Shown here one piece after another: positions 32,834-43,102 of a stretch of DNA of 64,000 nucleotides. The stretch spans positions 864,001-928,000 of the forward strand of contig CAWBKB010000003.1 of NCBI GenBank assembly GCA_963789265.1. Reading direction: 5' to 3'. This DNA comes from an uncultured delta proteobacterium. Its GTDB lineage: Bacteria > Desulfobacterota > Desulfomonilia > Desulfomonilales > Desulfomonilaceae. Under the pieces are notes generated by a model. The model searched no databases. It saw only the letters and a program-made list of their open reading frames with translations, and had not been told where the DNA came from. The first letter of the stretch is position 1, and each line of letters starts with the position of its first letter. The translations under genes were made by a program, and so were the position numbers.

Positions 32834-32882
32834 GTAGGGGCACCGCATGCGGTGCCTTGGGCGCTGCGTGCTGCGCCCCTAC
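32834..32882. repeat. GTAG-type REP doublet
   Basis: GTAGGGGC...GCCCCTAC ends enclosing palindromes. Confidence 0.65.
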
Positions 32883-32930
32883 AAAAGGCCCGAACATAGC
32901 GGAGATGTGACAGTTTTTTGTGGCACCTCC

Positions 32931-35711
32931 TCACCGGATACTGAGCCTCTTCATACGACTGTACAAACTGGATCGTTTCATTCCCAGCAAGTTTGCCGCG
33001 CCGTTGGGGCCGCCCACCCGGCCCCGGGTCTTTTCGAGTACGAATCTCACGTACCGGCGCTGCAATTCATCGAGAGTCGGCATATCGGCAAAGGGATTAC
33101 GAGCTGACGATCTGTTCTTGGCGGGTAAGTCCAGTGCCAACTGATTCTCGTCGGACAGAACAACTGCCCTTTCAATAACGTTTTTCAGCTCGCGTACGTT
33201 TCCCGGCCAGGGATATGCATTCAATCGTGCTTCGTCATCCCGCGTCAGCATGAGTTGCGAACGATTATGCTTGGCAGCATATCTTGTCAGGAAGTGTCGG
33301 GCCAACAGAACTATGTCGTCGACTCTCTCGCGAAGCGGAGGTAACACAATCGGGACGACGTTGAGGCGGTAAAACAGATCCTCTCGAAAGGTGCCGGCAG
33401 CAACCTCCTCAGGCAAATCGCGATTGGTTGCCGCGACGAGACGGAAATTGGAAGATATGGTTTGGGTCCCCCCAACTCGCATCAGTGTCTTCGCTTGAAG
33501 CACCCGAAGGAGCTTTACTTGTATTGATTTGGGGATTTCGCCGACTTCGTCAATGAACAGAGTACCTTGATGCGCCAGTTCCATGAGACCTTTCTTTTGC
33601 CTATCCGCACCTGTGAAAGCACCCTTTTCGTAACCGAACAGTTCGCTCTCGACTAGATTCTCCGGGATCGTGGTGGGATCCACGGTCACCAGAGCATGGT
33701 TATAGCGGCGGCTCATCTTATGAATTCTGTGCGCCAGGAGTTCTTTGCCGACTCCGGTTTCCCCCGATATAAGCACTGTGCTTTCCGAGGCCGCCACCTG
33801 ATCGACCATGACCAGGATTTTCGTCATGACAGGGCTTCTCGTGAGTATTTCTCTGCTGGCGGGCTGATCGAGATAGACCGATTTCTGGGATGCCGCCGTT
33901 TCCAGCCGAAGGCAATGGCTGTGAACATGAGCGATGTACGTGCTCAAATAGCGCGCCATGTGAATTAACTGGTCTGAGTCCAGAAAATCGAAACATCCGT
34001 CGAGATATGAATTGTCATGATAGAGTACGCCACGCGTTGCGCCCTCGACCTTGAACGGAAGACAAAGCACAGCTTTTTGCCGATAGGACGGGTTGCCGGA
34101 TGCTGCCGGACGGAGAACCTGAGGAGAATTTTCCCGATACGCCTTGAACACCAACGCGAGGTTTGATCGAAAATCCTTGGACTCCACATCGCCTTGGCTC
34201 AAATTGCATGCTGCCCGCAAGACGGGACTCGGCTGCCGGCCCGCGCGCCTGAACCAGAAGATTCCTCCCCGTTCTGCCCCAAAGTAGCGGTTCGTGGCCA
34301 CCACTGCACCAGTCAGTAATGTATCCAAATCCGCCGTGGGCATAAGTTCTTGGATGATTTCGATGAACCGAGCCAGGAACTCCCCCTGAGTTCGTGCATT
34401 CAAGGGACTGTTCGGCACGGTCACCAAATGTCGCAGGTCATCCGGATAAAGCCCCTCGTCTCTACCTGATAATTCCACCCATGCCTTTTGCGCTAGTCTG
34501 CGGGCCGCTTGATGCTCTCCTATTCTCAATTTCAAGCGGGCTATCTCCAGCCTAGTTTTGGCAAGCTGAACCGGAGCTCCCGCACGTATAAGGCAATCTT
34601 CGCTCGACTCCAGATCAGCTAAAACTTCGTCTGCCTGCGCTCCTGAGTTGGCCCTGTCCATGGCCCTTAATCGATAAGCTACTCCGCGCAGATGGATGTT
34701 TGGTTCTCGCAAGATTCTGAGAATTTCATCGTTAAAATTCATCTCGAGGATCGGTGGAAGACCGGATCGATGAAGCTCAAATAGCATTTCCGGGAAACCG
34801 GGCAATGCGTACTGCCGAATCAGACCGGCCTTCGCGCCTTCCGACACGGCCTGACACAGCAATTCTCTTCCTTCCGTAACTCGCCCTTCAATAATATGAT
34901 GGTAGGCAAGCCCTCCCCGACTGAAATAGAGAGCTAACGCGTTCTTCGTTTGGACAGCCTCTTGAAGAGCCCCTGCAAGATGATACGCAGCTTCGCTTCT
35001 CTTGGAAGCCAAGAGCAACACTATGCCCAAGGCCGCCCTGATCGTGGCGGCTAGAGATCGATCCTGTTTTTCCAGGGAAATGCGTCGGTAATAATCAAGT
35101 ATTCCTATGGCGCGGTGAAATTCCCCCATGTAAGCTGCGCAGTATCCCAACCAAAGAGGAGCTGACGGATTGCTGACCACATTGATCTTCGCACTTTCGA
35201 AGCTCCTAACTCCTCGCTCGAAATGGATTACTGCCTCAGAAAAGAGCCCCTGAACAAAATAATACAGCCCAAGGAACTCGCCGGATCTGGTCAGGATGTC
35301 TTCGTCACCGAGTTCCTCCACTTCCCGCTTGCCGTCAGCGAAAACTTCCATCGCTTCCTGACGGCGTTCGCCAAAATAGTATAATCGGCCAAGGTGGAGT
35401 TTAATAAGCGTGGCAGAACGTCGATCGCCCAAGAGATCCGCCGCGACCAATGCATTTTGTAAGAACATAGTGAGTTCGCCAAAGCCTTTCCCCATGACAA
35501 AACCGAGGTCGGATAGTTCCAAGCTGGTCGATACAAGTAGCGCATCGCTTTCAGAAGATCGCGACGCGGCGGAGAGCCGGACCAAGACCCCGAATAGACG
35601 ATTCCACGCGGCTTCCCGATCGCCGGTTTCCAGCGCCTTTTGGGCCAATTCCCGCTCCAGTCGCGATGCTTCCAGACTGTAACTGGAAGCGGGCGCAGTC
35701 GGATAATTCAT
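32931..35711 (-). CDS. Large sigma54 enhancer-binding protein (helical/TPR-like N-terminus, GAF, AAA+, HTH)
   Basis: GETGVGKE, ESELFGYEKGAFTGA, WPGNVRELKN, HTH; divergent from the catabolic operon. Confidence 0.9.
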   Translation of the reverse strand: MNYPTAPASSYSLEASRLERELAQKALETGDREAAWNRLFGVLVRLSAASRSSESDALLVSTSLELSDLGFVMGKGFGELTMFLQNALVAADLLGDRRSATLIKLHLGRLYYFGERRQEAMEVFADGKREVEELGDEDILTRSGEFLGLYYFVQGLFSEAVIHFERGVRSFESAKINVVSNPSAPLWLGYCAAYMGEFHRAIGILDYYRRISLEKQDRSLAATIRAALGIVLLLASKRSEAAYHLAGALQEAVQTKNALALYFSRGGLAYHHIIEGRVTEGRELLCQAVSEGAKAGLIRQYALPGFPEMLFELHRSGLPPILEMNFNDEILRILREPNIHLRGVAYRLRAMDRANSGAQADEVLADLESSEDCLIRAGAPVQLAKTRLEIARLKLRIGEHQAARRLAQKAWVELSGRDEGLYPDDLRHLVTVPNSPLNARTQGEFLARFIEIIQELMPTADLDTLLTGAVVATNRYFGAERGGIFWFRRAGRQPSPVLRAACNLSQGDVESKDFRSNLALVFKAYRENSPQVLRPAASGNPSYRQKAVLCLPFKVEGATRGVLYHDNSYLDGCFDFLDSDQLIHMARYLSTYIAHVHSHCLRLETAASQKSVYLDQPASREILTRSPVMTKILVMVDQVAASESTVLISGETGVGKELLAHRIHKMSRRYNHALVTVDPTTIPENLVESELFGYEKGAFTGADRQKKGLMELAHQGTLFIDEVGEIPKSIQVKLLRVLQAKTLMRVGGTQTISSNFRLVAATNRDLPEEVAAGTFREDLFYRLNVVPIVLPPLRERVDDIVLLARHFLTRYAAKHNRSQLMLTRDDEARLNAYPWPGNVRELKNVIERAVVLSDENQLALDLPAKNRSSARNPFADMPTLDELQRRYVRFVLEKTRGRVGGPNGAANLLGMKRSSLYSRMKRLSIR

Positions 35712-35806
35712 GGTTCACCTCCGCTGGAGTCATGTCTAGGGTCGTATGCTGAGGATAGCATGGAGGATAGGGGTATCCAACAAGAAATGGCGATATTTAG
35801 ACATGA

Positions 35807-35826
35807 AGTGCCGAGATATCGGCACT
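35807..35826. promoter_or_regulatory. Palindromic candidate activator site
   Basis: AGTGCCGA-gata-TCGGCACT perfect inverted repeat ~60-80 bp upstream of the sigma54 site. Confidence 0.6.
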
Positions 35827-35884
35827 GACCGGCGAAATCGAAAGTAGTGACCAAATAAATCACTAACTTACACCTGATGCATTT

Positions 35885-35900
35885 CGGCACATCTCTTGCT
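35885..35900 (+). promoter_or_regulatory. Sigma54 (-24/-12) promoter of the catabolic operon
   Basis: CGGCACATCTCTTGCT = GG-N10-GC; IHF-like AATCACTAACTTA at 35858-35870. Confidence 0.8.
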
Positions 35901-36037
35901 CTTACTTAGCCAAACAACCTTGTTGCTCTTGTCGAGGCTCTCAATCCACGAAAGAAGGTGAATAGGAAGTCAATCATTTCATTCCGCCGGCGCTGTGCAG
36001 AAAAGCAATTCCAACAAATCGAGAAACGGAGGAAATC

Positions 36038-36433
36038 ATGCCTGTGTTCAAGGACACGCAGCAGATGTATGAGGTGCTCGGAGCCCTTTGGAGCTACATG
36101 GTCAAAGAGACCGAGATTGGCTCAAAGCTAAAAGAGTACGAAATAAGCTACAAGTTCGTCCTAACTGACCCGAAGGGGTATCTGTGGGTTGGGCACGACA
36201 AGGTCCTCACCGGCGACGAAGCCAACCAGCCCGCGGTTATTACCATGGAGTTGTCCGGTGATACGACCCACAAGTTCTGGCTGAAACAGATAAGTCTACC
36301 GGTTGCATTGGCCACGAGAAAGATTAAATCCAAGGGGCCGATTCCGAAGGTGCTGAAGATGCTCCCCTTTCTCAAACCGGTCTACGAGAAGTATCCTGAT
36401 TTCTGCCGTCAATTCGGTCTCCCTACTTCGTGA
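36038..36433 (+). CDS. SCP2 (sterol carrier protein 2)-like lipid-binding protein
   Basis: MELSGDT.HKFWL...SLPVALATRKIKSKGPIPKVLK pattern; GGAGG RBS. Confidence 0.75.
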   Translation: MPVFKDTQQMYEVLGALWSYMVKETEIGSKLKEYEISYKFVLTDPKGYLWVGHDKVLTGDEANQPAVITMELSGDTTHKFWLKQISLPVALATRKIKSKGPIPKVLKMLPFLKPVYEKYPDFCRQFGLPTS

Positions 36434-36518
36434 CCGCAGGCAAATATCAAATTTCGAGACCCGGCCTCGTCCCACGCTGACGTGGATTGGTGGCGTTCTA
36501 AGAACGAGGAGATTTACT

Positions 36519-38126
36519 ATGGCTGAAAGCAAGGTGCCCGGACACATTGCTTACGACTTGGATAGCAAAGCAGAAGATCGTCCTGATTTCAATGTCGTAA
36601 CCTTCGAGAACGGAGAGTACCCGAAGGAGGCTCTTACTTACGCGGATATTGTGATCAAAGGGAGAAAAATCGCCGGGCGATTGCAGGAACTCGGTATAGG
36701 GAAAGGTGACACGTTCGCTTTGGTCATGAAAAACCACCCCGAGTTCATTTATTCGCTGTACGCGGCAACAGCCATCGGAGCTATTTTGCTCCCGATCGAT
36801 CCTCGCACCAAGGGCGACAGGCTAAATTACGTGCTGAGCGATTCCAAATCCAAAGGGATACTTTTTTCCAGTGAATTCATGGGTAGCGTGACCGAGTCGC
36901 TCGCCGCGCTTCGTAACATCCAAGTGGTCGGCGTCACTTACAAGGCGGGCGGTGACGTCCCAATGACTGATAAGTACCCTAACATGAACGAGATTCTGGC
37001 AGGGTCCGAAGTGCCGCCACCGGACCGACGCAACGACGTGCTCGATGCCCCCATCGAGATCATCTATACATCCGGAACCACGGGTGCTCCCAAGGGAGTA
37101 GTCCTTAAAGGGGCTCGCTTGGCGCTTTTCAGTCAATTGGCCGAGTTCGTGTGGCAGTACACTCCTGAGGACACGCTTTACACGGGTCTGTCGTTGGCCC
37201 ACGGAAATGCTCAAGCGGTGACCTTGATTCCTTCACTGCTGCTCTCAATTCCCTCCATTTTCAGCCGGACGTTCACTAAAAGCCGCATCTGGGATATCTG
37301 CCGCGAATACGGCTGCACGACGTTTTCCCTGCTGGGCGGAATGATGATGGCAATCTATAGCGAGCCCAAGAAACCAAACGACGGCGATAATCCGGTGCGG
37401 CTCGTGTTGAGCGCCGGTACCCCCCGGGATATTTGGGTTTCTTTTGAGAATCGCTTCAATGTCCTGATCCATGAATGGTACGGTGCCATCGAAGGAGGCT
37501 TTGCCCACAAACCGCCCCATGTCGGCCCGGTAGGATCATTCGGCAAGCCTCTTGAAGGCTTGATGGAAATGAAGGTGGTCCGAGACGACGGGACGGAATC
37601 CGAGCCGGGAGAATTGGGAGAGTTGATTTGCCGTACCATTGGCCAACCAACCGAAGTAGAATACTTGGGCAAAAGGGAAGCTTCGGAACGAAAAACACGC
37701 GGAGGATGGCTGCGGACCGGGGACAAGTGTCACAGGGACGAAAATGGCTGGTTCTTTTTTGACTATCGTGAGGGCGGTGGCCTGCGGCGATCGGGTGACT
37801 TCATTATGCCCCAGCACGTGGAAGCGGTTTTGGCGGAACATCCACAGGTGACTGATGTATGCGTGTATGGAATTCCCGCGACATCGGGTGCTCCGGGTGA
37901 AAGCGACATTGTGGCCGCGGTGGTTCCCGTGGCGAGCGGCGAGATCGACCCCGAATCGGTTTTTCGGCTTTGCATCGAAAAACTATCTGGGAACTTCGTC
38001 CCTTCCTATCTTCAGGTGGTGAACGAGATACCCAAGACTGTCTCGGAAAAGAACCTGGACCGACTCCTGAAGGAGATCTTCCAGAAACAAGGGGACAACG
38101 TTTACCGGTTCGAGGATTTTCGCTAA
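36519..38126 (+). CDS. AMP-forming acyl-CoA ligase (CaiC-like)
   Basis: YTSGTTGAPKGV, WYGAIEGG, WLRTGD, PKTVSEK. Confidence 0.88.
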   Translation: MAESKVPGHIAYDLDSKAEDRPDFNVVTFENGEYPKEALTYADIVIKGRKIAGRLQELGIGKGDTFALVMKNHPEFIYSLYAATAIGAILLPIDPRTKGDRLNYVLSDSKSKGILFSSEFMGSVTESLAALRNIQVVGVTYKAGGDVPMTDKYPNMNEILAGSEVPPPDRRNDVLDAPIEIIYTSGTTGAPKGVVLKGARLALFSQLAEFVWQYTPEDTLYTGLSLAHGNAQAVTLIPSLLLSIPSIFSRTFTKSRIWDICREYGCTTFSLLGGMMMAIYSEPKKPNDGDNPVRLVLSAGTPRDIWVSFENRFNVLIHEWYGAIEGGFAHKPPHVGPVGSFGKPLEGLMEMKVVRDDGTESEPGELGELICRTIGQPTEVEYLGKREASERKTRGGWLRTGDKCHRDENGWFFFDYREGGGLRRSGDFIMPQHVEAVLAEHPQVTDVCVYGIPATSGAPGESDIVAAVVPVASGEIDPESVFRLCIEKLSGNFVPSYLQVVNEIPKTVSEKNLDRLLKEIFQKQGDNVYRFEDFR

Positions 38127-38168
38127 GACTGCAATAGTAAAATCCGTCTCAAGCAACGAGGTGACAGT

Positions 38169-38969
38169 ATGCGCAAGTACGTCGAAGATCTCGATTTCCA
38201 TGGCGAAGAGCACGTAAGCGAATGGACGCCATGGTCTCCTCAGGACATTCGCCGAAAAAAGGGGGTGCTGGAAGCCGCTCGGATCATGCTTAACTCCGCA
38301 TTGACTGCTCCTGCTGCGGGAGGTGTTCCGCAAACAGAAGGTCATTTGGTTTACGGTCAGGAGGAAATGGAGGCAGTAGCTCGCACCGTGGAGGAGATTG
38401 CTCACAAGAATCAGAACTGGAAGGAGCCTTTCCTCTATGAAGCGGTCATGGTGCGAGATTCGGATGTTCTCGTATTGATAGGAAATACGAGATGTCATGA
38501 AACTCCTCTTGACGCAGGATGCGGCATGTGTGGCGGAGGTCTGGACTGCGGCTATTTCTACGAAAAGAAGACTCACCGTTACGGACTCGTAGATATTACC
38601 GATCGCTCTTCCACTCGAATGATTAACGGTCCTCTGTGCACGGCTCGGGTGGACGACTTGGGCTATGCCGTAGGGAGCGCCCTGTGGACGGCACACACCC
38701 TGATGGTCGATGCAAGGCCCTTTGCAAGCGCAGGAATGGCGGGCCAGAAGCTGGGATACTGCCCCAATTCCGGAATGGTCGTCGGAGTCCTGGTGGCCGC
38801 CAAGTCCAAGAATCCGTATGTGGACGTCAACGTGGACTACCACCTTATAAACATGGACAAGGTTCTGGACAACGCTCGGAAGATATACCAGACAGCCCGA
38901 ATCATCCGTGGATTCGATTACCGGAGATGGATACCCAAACCGCAGAATACTGAAGAGGAGGGCGAGTAA
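38169..38969 (+). CDS. DUF2148-like ferredoxin-motif protein, copy A
   Basis: M..SA.TAP..GG, CGMCGGGLDC, GPLC...DDLGYAVGSA, VDARP..SAG.A...LG, KNPYVD. Confidence 0.75.
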   Translation: MRKYVEDLDFHGEEHVSEWTPWSPQDIRRKKGVLEAARIMLNSALTAPAAGGVPQTEGHLVYGQEEMEAVARTVEEIAHKNQNWKEPFLYEAVMVRDSDVLVLIGNTRCHETPLDAGCGMCGGGLDCGYFYEKKTHRYGLVDITDRSSTRMINGPLCTARVDDLGYAVGSALWTAHTLMVDARPFASAGMAGQKLGYCPNSGMVVGVLVAAKSKNPYVDVNVDYHLINMDKVLDNARKIYQTARIIRGFDYRRWIPKPQNTEEEGE

Positions 38970-39835
38970 TGGGACACCTTATAGGTAGGGACTACTATCA
39001 GGACCACCTTCTGGAAGTAGCCAAAAGCATCGTGCTTGCCATCCATAAGGCGCCCCAGATCACCGGCAAGACAGTTATCGAGGCTGAGATCATCTGGGGA
39101 GAAGACTTGATGCCCATAATCGAGATCTTGGAGCCGTGGCTCCAGTAGTCCGTTACATCCAGTGGGACTACGAAACGATCAAAGGGTGCTACGAAAAGGG
39201 AGAATCGCCTGTCATTATCAACATTGGCGCCAAGGTGAATCGCTCCAATCTAGCTTGGAATTGCGGGGCCTGTGGGTTCGACACGTGCGCAGAATTCAAC
39301 GCGTACAGCAAAGACCTTGGAGGCGGAGGGCAGTTGGGTGGGCCTTGCTGCAACTGGAAGATCCTGGACTATGCCATAGCATGCGATTGGGCGTGTGCAT
39401 CCGCCTGGCAGTACAAGGTTGACAACCGGATAATGGGGTCTCTGGGGTTTGCGTTGCAGGCCTTGAATTATCTTCCTGATTCGGACGTCAAGCTCGGACT
39501 TGCACTGGGGCCGCCCAGAGAAAGTGTTTACTTCAGCAGGACCGAGGTTCGCAATGTCATGTCGTATGAGGCGGACAAGATGGACATGATAAAGAGCATT
39601 CCCACTATGTTTGCCGGCTTCCCTGGAAGCGGCAACCCCATGTACAAGACGAAACAAGACTGGTGGGCGCCTCCGGAATTTCTAAATATCGGTTATTCAG
39701 AGGACGCGATGGAAGTCCTGCAGAAAAGTCCTCTACGAACAAATCCCCGAGATCGTCGTCAAGCATGCCGACGCCGTGGCAGCCAGGTACATAACGGACG
39801 AAAAAGCTCCGTCAGAGGAACAATCCGACCAGTAG
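38969..39835 (+). CDS. DUF2148-like ferredoxin-motif protein, copy B; two apparent frameshifts (~39134, ~39727)
   Basis: ATG overlaps copy A stop (TAATG); KAPQITG, NCGACGFDTCAEF, GPCC...D..IA...A, VDNRIMGS.G; corrected frame ends at TAG 39835 before the next RBS. Confidence 0.72.
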
Positions 39836-39850
39836 TAAGGGAGGTCAACG

Positions 39851-41093
39851 ATGGATTTCTTGGATCTGGATTTCAACTTGTCCGAAGAGGACTTAGCGTT
39901 GAAAAAGGCGGCAAACCGGTTCGCCAGGGAAGTCATGCGACCGGTTTCCGTGCAACTGGACGCCATGACCCCCGAGGAGGTTATCGCTCCCGAATCCCCT
40001 CTGTGGGATTTCATGAAAAAAGCCTACCAGCTTGGTTATCATACCATCCTGATTCCCGAATCCTATGGTGGAATGAATGTTACCCCCTTGCAGCAGTCAC
40101 TGATTATGGAGGAACTCTCTTGGGGCAGCGCCGGGCTTGCCGTTCTCCTTGCCGTGGCGGCATTTCCCGCTTTTGTAGCCAGTATGGTCCCGGAAGACGA
40201 ACTCATAGACAATATCATCGTGCCGTTCTGCGAATGCAGCGACGCCAGCATCAGAGGTTGCTGGGGGATCACCGAACCGGATCATGGTTCCGATACACTC
40301 CTCCCCGGTTACCCCAGTTTCTGTGACCCTGCCATAGGTGCCAATTGCCGCGTTAGGTTGGATGGAGACGAGTGGGTAGTCAACGGTCAGAAGTCGTCAT
40401 GGGTTTCCGGCGGCACTATTGCGACCCATTGTGCGCTTTATTGCCAGGTCGATCCTACCGCGGGACACGCTGGAGGAGGGATTTTCGTCGTGCCTTTAGA
40501 TCTGCCCGGAGTATCTAAAGGTAAACCGCTCAACAAGCTTGGACAGCGCGACCTCAATCAAGGGGAGATATTTTTCGACAACGTTCACATTCCCAAATCG
40601 TATATGATTGCACCTCCGGAAGCCTATGAAGCAATGTTGGAAACAACTCTGTCAACTACAACGGCACTTATGGGAGGTACTCGGCACCGGTATCGCCAGA
40701 GCTGCGTTCGACGAGGCGCTGACGTATGCCAAGGAACGGGTGCAGGGAGGAAAGCGGCTCATAGAATACACACACGTGAGAATGACTCTGTTTCACATGC
40801 TGAGGAGGGTCGAAGCCAGCCGTATGATGAGCAGGGCCGCCTATCAATACAACCAAAATACATCGACTCCGGCTGAAGAATACTCGGTCATGGCCAAGAT
40901 TCAAGGCACTGAAGCAGCCTTCCAGAACACTCATGAGGCGATACAGCTCTTTGGTGGCAACGGTATGGCAAAGGAATATCTCATCGAGAAACTATTCAGA
41001 GATGCACGGGCCACACTGATCGAAGACGGTTCCAACCAAACATTGGCTATCGCGGCAGGGCATAAAATCATCGAAACGTATCCGCGATCCTGA
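39851..41093 (+). CDS. Acyl-CoA dehydrogenase; apparent frameshift at ~40675
   Basis: ITEPDHGSD, VNGQKSWVS, KLGQR...GEIFFDNV; YAKERVQGGK, AIQLFGGNG, EKLFRDAR in the 40608 frame. Confidence 0.9.
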
Positions 41094-41142
41094 TTCGGGC
41101 AAACTAGACGAAATTGTGGATAAGATTTTCAGGAGAAACCGC

Positions 41143-42381
41143 ATGCGAGATGTTTATGTGATCGGGGTCGGCATGTTCCGGTTCGGCAAGTACTTGGAAC
41201 GCACGATGAAGGATATGGCCGCAGAGGCAGTCAATCTTGTAATCAAGGATGCTGACATTGAAAAGAAGGACCTTCAGTTTGCGTACGTGTCGAACAGCTA
41301 CTGGGGATTGTTCGAGGGTCAGCATTCCATCAAAGGTCAAGTTCTCTTATTCCCTCTCGGCATCCAAAAGATACCCATCGCAAACGTGGAGAACGCCTGC
41401 GCCGGGGGATCCACAGCTTTCCACATGGCTTGGATGAGCGTCGCATCCGGCCTGTATGATGTCGGATTGGCCCTTGGTGTGGAAAAATTGGCAAATGCCG
41501 ATAAGCAGCTTTCCCTCAAATCCTTCATGAGCAGTATGGACGTCTTGAATTTTGGTAACCAGGTCACGACCATGTTGTCCGCGGTGCAAGGTCTTGCTGT
41601 TCAGCCTCCTCCGGAACAGCAAGCTGCCGGCCAAGGCCGCAGCATATTTATGGACATGTACGCTGCAGGGGCTCGATGGCACATGTCTAAATATGGGTCT
41701 ACTCAAAGACAGCTTGCAGTCATCTCCGCGAAGAATCATTTTCACGGCTCCTTGAATCTCCTGGCTCAGATTCAGAAAGATATGACCGTTGCAGAGGTAT
41801 TGGCTGACAAGCCGATATCCTACCCCCTAACACGCCCTATGTGCGCTCCCGTAGGCGATGGAGCCACGTCCGCCATCTTGTGCTCTGCGGATTACCTGAA
41901 AAAGCTCCCAAATGCGAGACCCGTACGTGTACGGGCGTCGGTTCTCGGTTCGGGAACCGACCGGGGACTTGAAGGCGAGGACATAGGTAAAAGGGTTTCC
42001 CGCAAAGCTTACGAGATTGCAGGAGTAGGCCCCGAAGACATCAATGTGGCTGAATTACACGATGCAACGGCCTACGGTGAACTTCATCAGACCGAAACCC
42101 TCGGCTTTTGCAATGAAGGCGAAGGAGGGCTCTTAGCGGAATCTGGGGCCACAAAGCTTGGAGGAAGGCTTCCGATCAACACGAGTGGCGGCTTGGAGTC
42201 GAGGGGCCATCCCATCGGGGCTTCGGGGCTGGCCCAGATTCATGAGATCGTCACCCAGCTTCGTGGAGAAGCGGGCAAACGCCAAGTGGAACGAGCCTGT
42301 TTAGGACTAACGGAAAATGGTGGCGGCACACTCGGGTTTGAGGAAGCTTCAATGACAATTCACATTTTAGAGAAGGCGTGA
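41143..42381 (+). CDS. SCP2-type (SCP-x-like) thiolase
   Basis: NVENACAGGSTA, ELHDATAYGE, SRGHPIGASG, ENGGG. Confidence 0.88.
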   Translation: MRDVYVIGVGMFRFGKYLERTMKDMAAEAVNLVIKDADIEKKDLQFAYVSNSYWGLFEGQHSIKGQVLLFPLGIQKIPIANVENACAGGSTAFHMAWMSVASGLYDVGLALGVEKLANADKQLSLKSFMSSMDVLNFGNQVTTMLSAVQGLAVQPPPEQQAAGQGRSIFMDMYAAGARWHMSKYGSTQRQLAVISAKNHFHGSLNLLAQIQKDMTVAEVLADKPISYPLTRPMCAPVGDGATSAILCSADYLKKLPNARPVRVRASVLGSGTDRGLEGEDIGKRVSRKAYEIAGVGPEDINVAELHDATAYGELHQTETLGFCNEGEGGLLAESGATKLGGRLPINTSGGLESRGHPIGASGLAQIHEIVTQLRGEAGKRQVERACLGLTENGGGTLGFEEASMTIHILEKA

Positions 42382-42571
42382 AATCCTTCGCGAAGATTAC
42401 AAACCCTTCTTAAGTAAGGATTGAGGTCTCACAGGCCCCGTGATCCCTCTCTGCAATTACTAGCAATATGGCCTTTTAGAGTGGTCCCCGGAAAGCAATC
42501 ACGGAAAAGGATAACGCCTTTAGAGTTTCTGGTTCCCATGCTCCTACCGGTTGTCAGCGACGCGAGGAAAT

Positions 42572-42617
42572 GTAGGGGCGAATGCCATTCGCCCGGGCGA
42601 CCACCGGTCGCCCCTAC
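42572..42617. repeat. GTAG-type REP doublet
   Basis: GTAGGGGCGAATGCCATTCGCCC + GGGCGACCACCGGTCGCCCCTAC. Confidence 0.7.
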
Positions 42618-42803
42618 CATCCCTCGATGGACGCCCGGTAATGGTTTTGTCCCCGCAAATCGGACAAAATTTTTGACATTTGCTATAGCTCTTCACAGTC
42701 CGTCATTACCTTCAAAAACCGCCCTAGGTTCTTTCCTTCCCCCATTCTCCCCTACGCGCTCCCTGTTTGTCTCCTGCCATCTTCCTTTGATCCGTAGCTT
42801 AGC

Positions 42804-42921
42804 TGTGGTTTTGCGCTACACCTGCTGTGGTGTTTTACAACAGGCATTAAGATCTCATTATATCCCATAGATATACGTACCAGACGAATTTGACCACACC
42901 GTAGTGTGGTGTTTCACCATG
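42804..42921 (+). promoter_or_regulatory. Three candidate upstream activator sites (TGT-N11-ACA type)
   Basis: TGTGGTTTTGCGCTACA (42804), TGTGGTGTTTTACAACA (42826, 22 bp later), TGTGGTGTTTCACCATG (42905, imperfect). Confidence 0.6.
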
Positions 42922-43000
42922 CCAACACTCCCTAAGTGCGAAACGGTGGACTCATCTATTATCATGTAATTAGCCATACATAGGTGCCAGACACCGGACC

Positions 43001-43016
43001 TGGCACGAATGATGCT
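43001..43016 (+). promoter_or_regulatory. Sigma54 (-24/-12) promoter
   Basis: TGGCACGAATGATGCT = GG-N10-GC; IHF-like TATCATGTAATTA at 42960-42972. Confidence 0.75.
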
Positions 43017-43102
43017 TTACTAATCGACGACAGATGGAAATCACGGGAAAGCAAACCCGTCAGACTGTTACCAACATCTTCTCAAGCAAAAGGAGGCCCG
43101 TC

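Noticed and set aside
39728..40326. C-terminal part of ORF 39136..40326 as a long protein overlapping the ACAD
   Set aside because: Read-through caused by an indel at ~39727; the corrected frame stops at 39835 before the ACAD RBS
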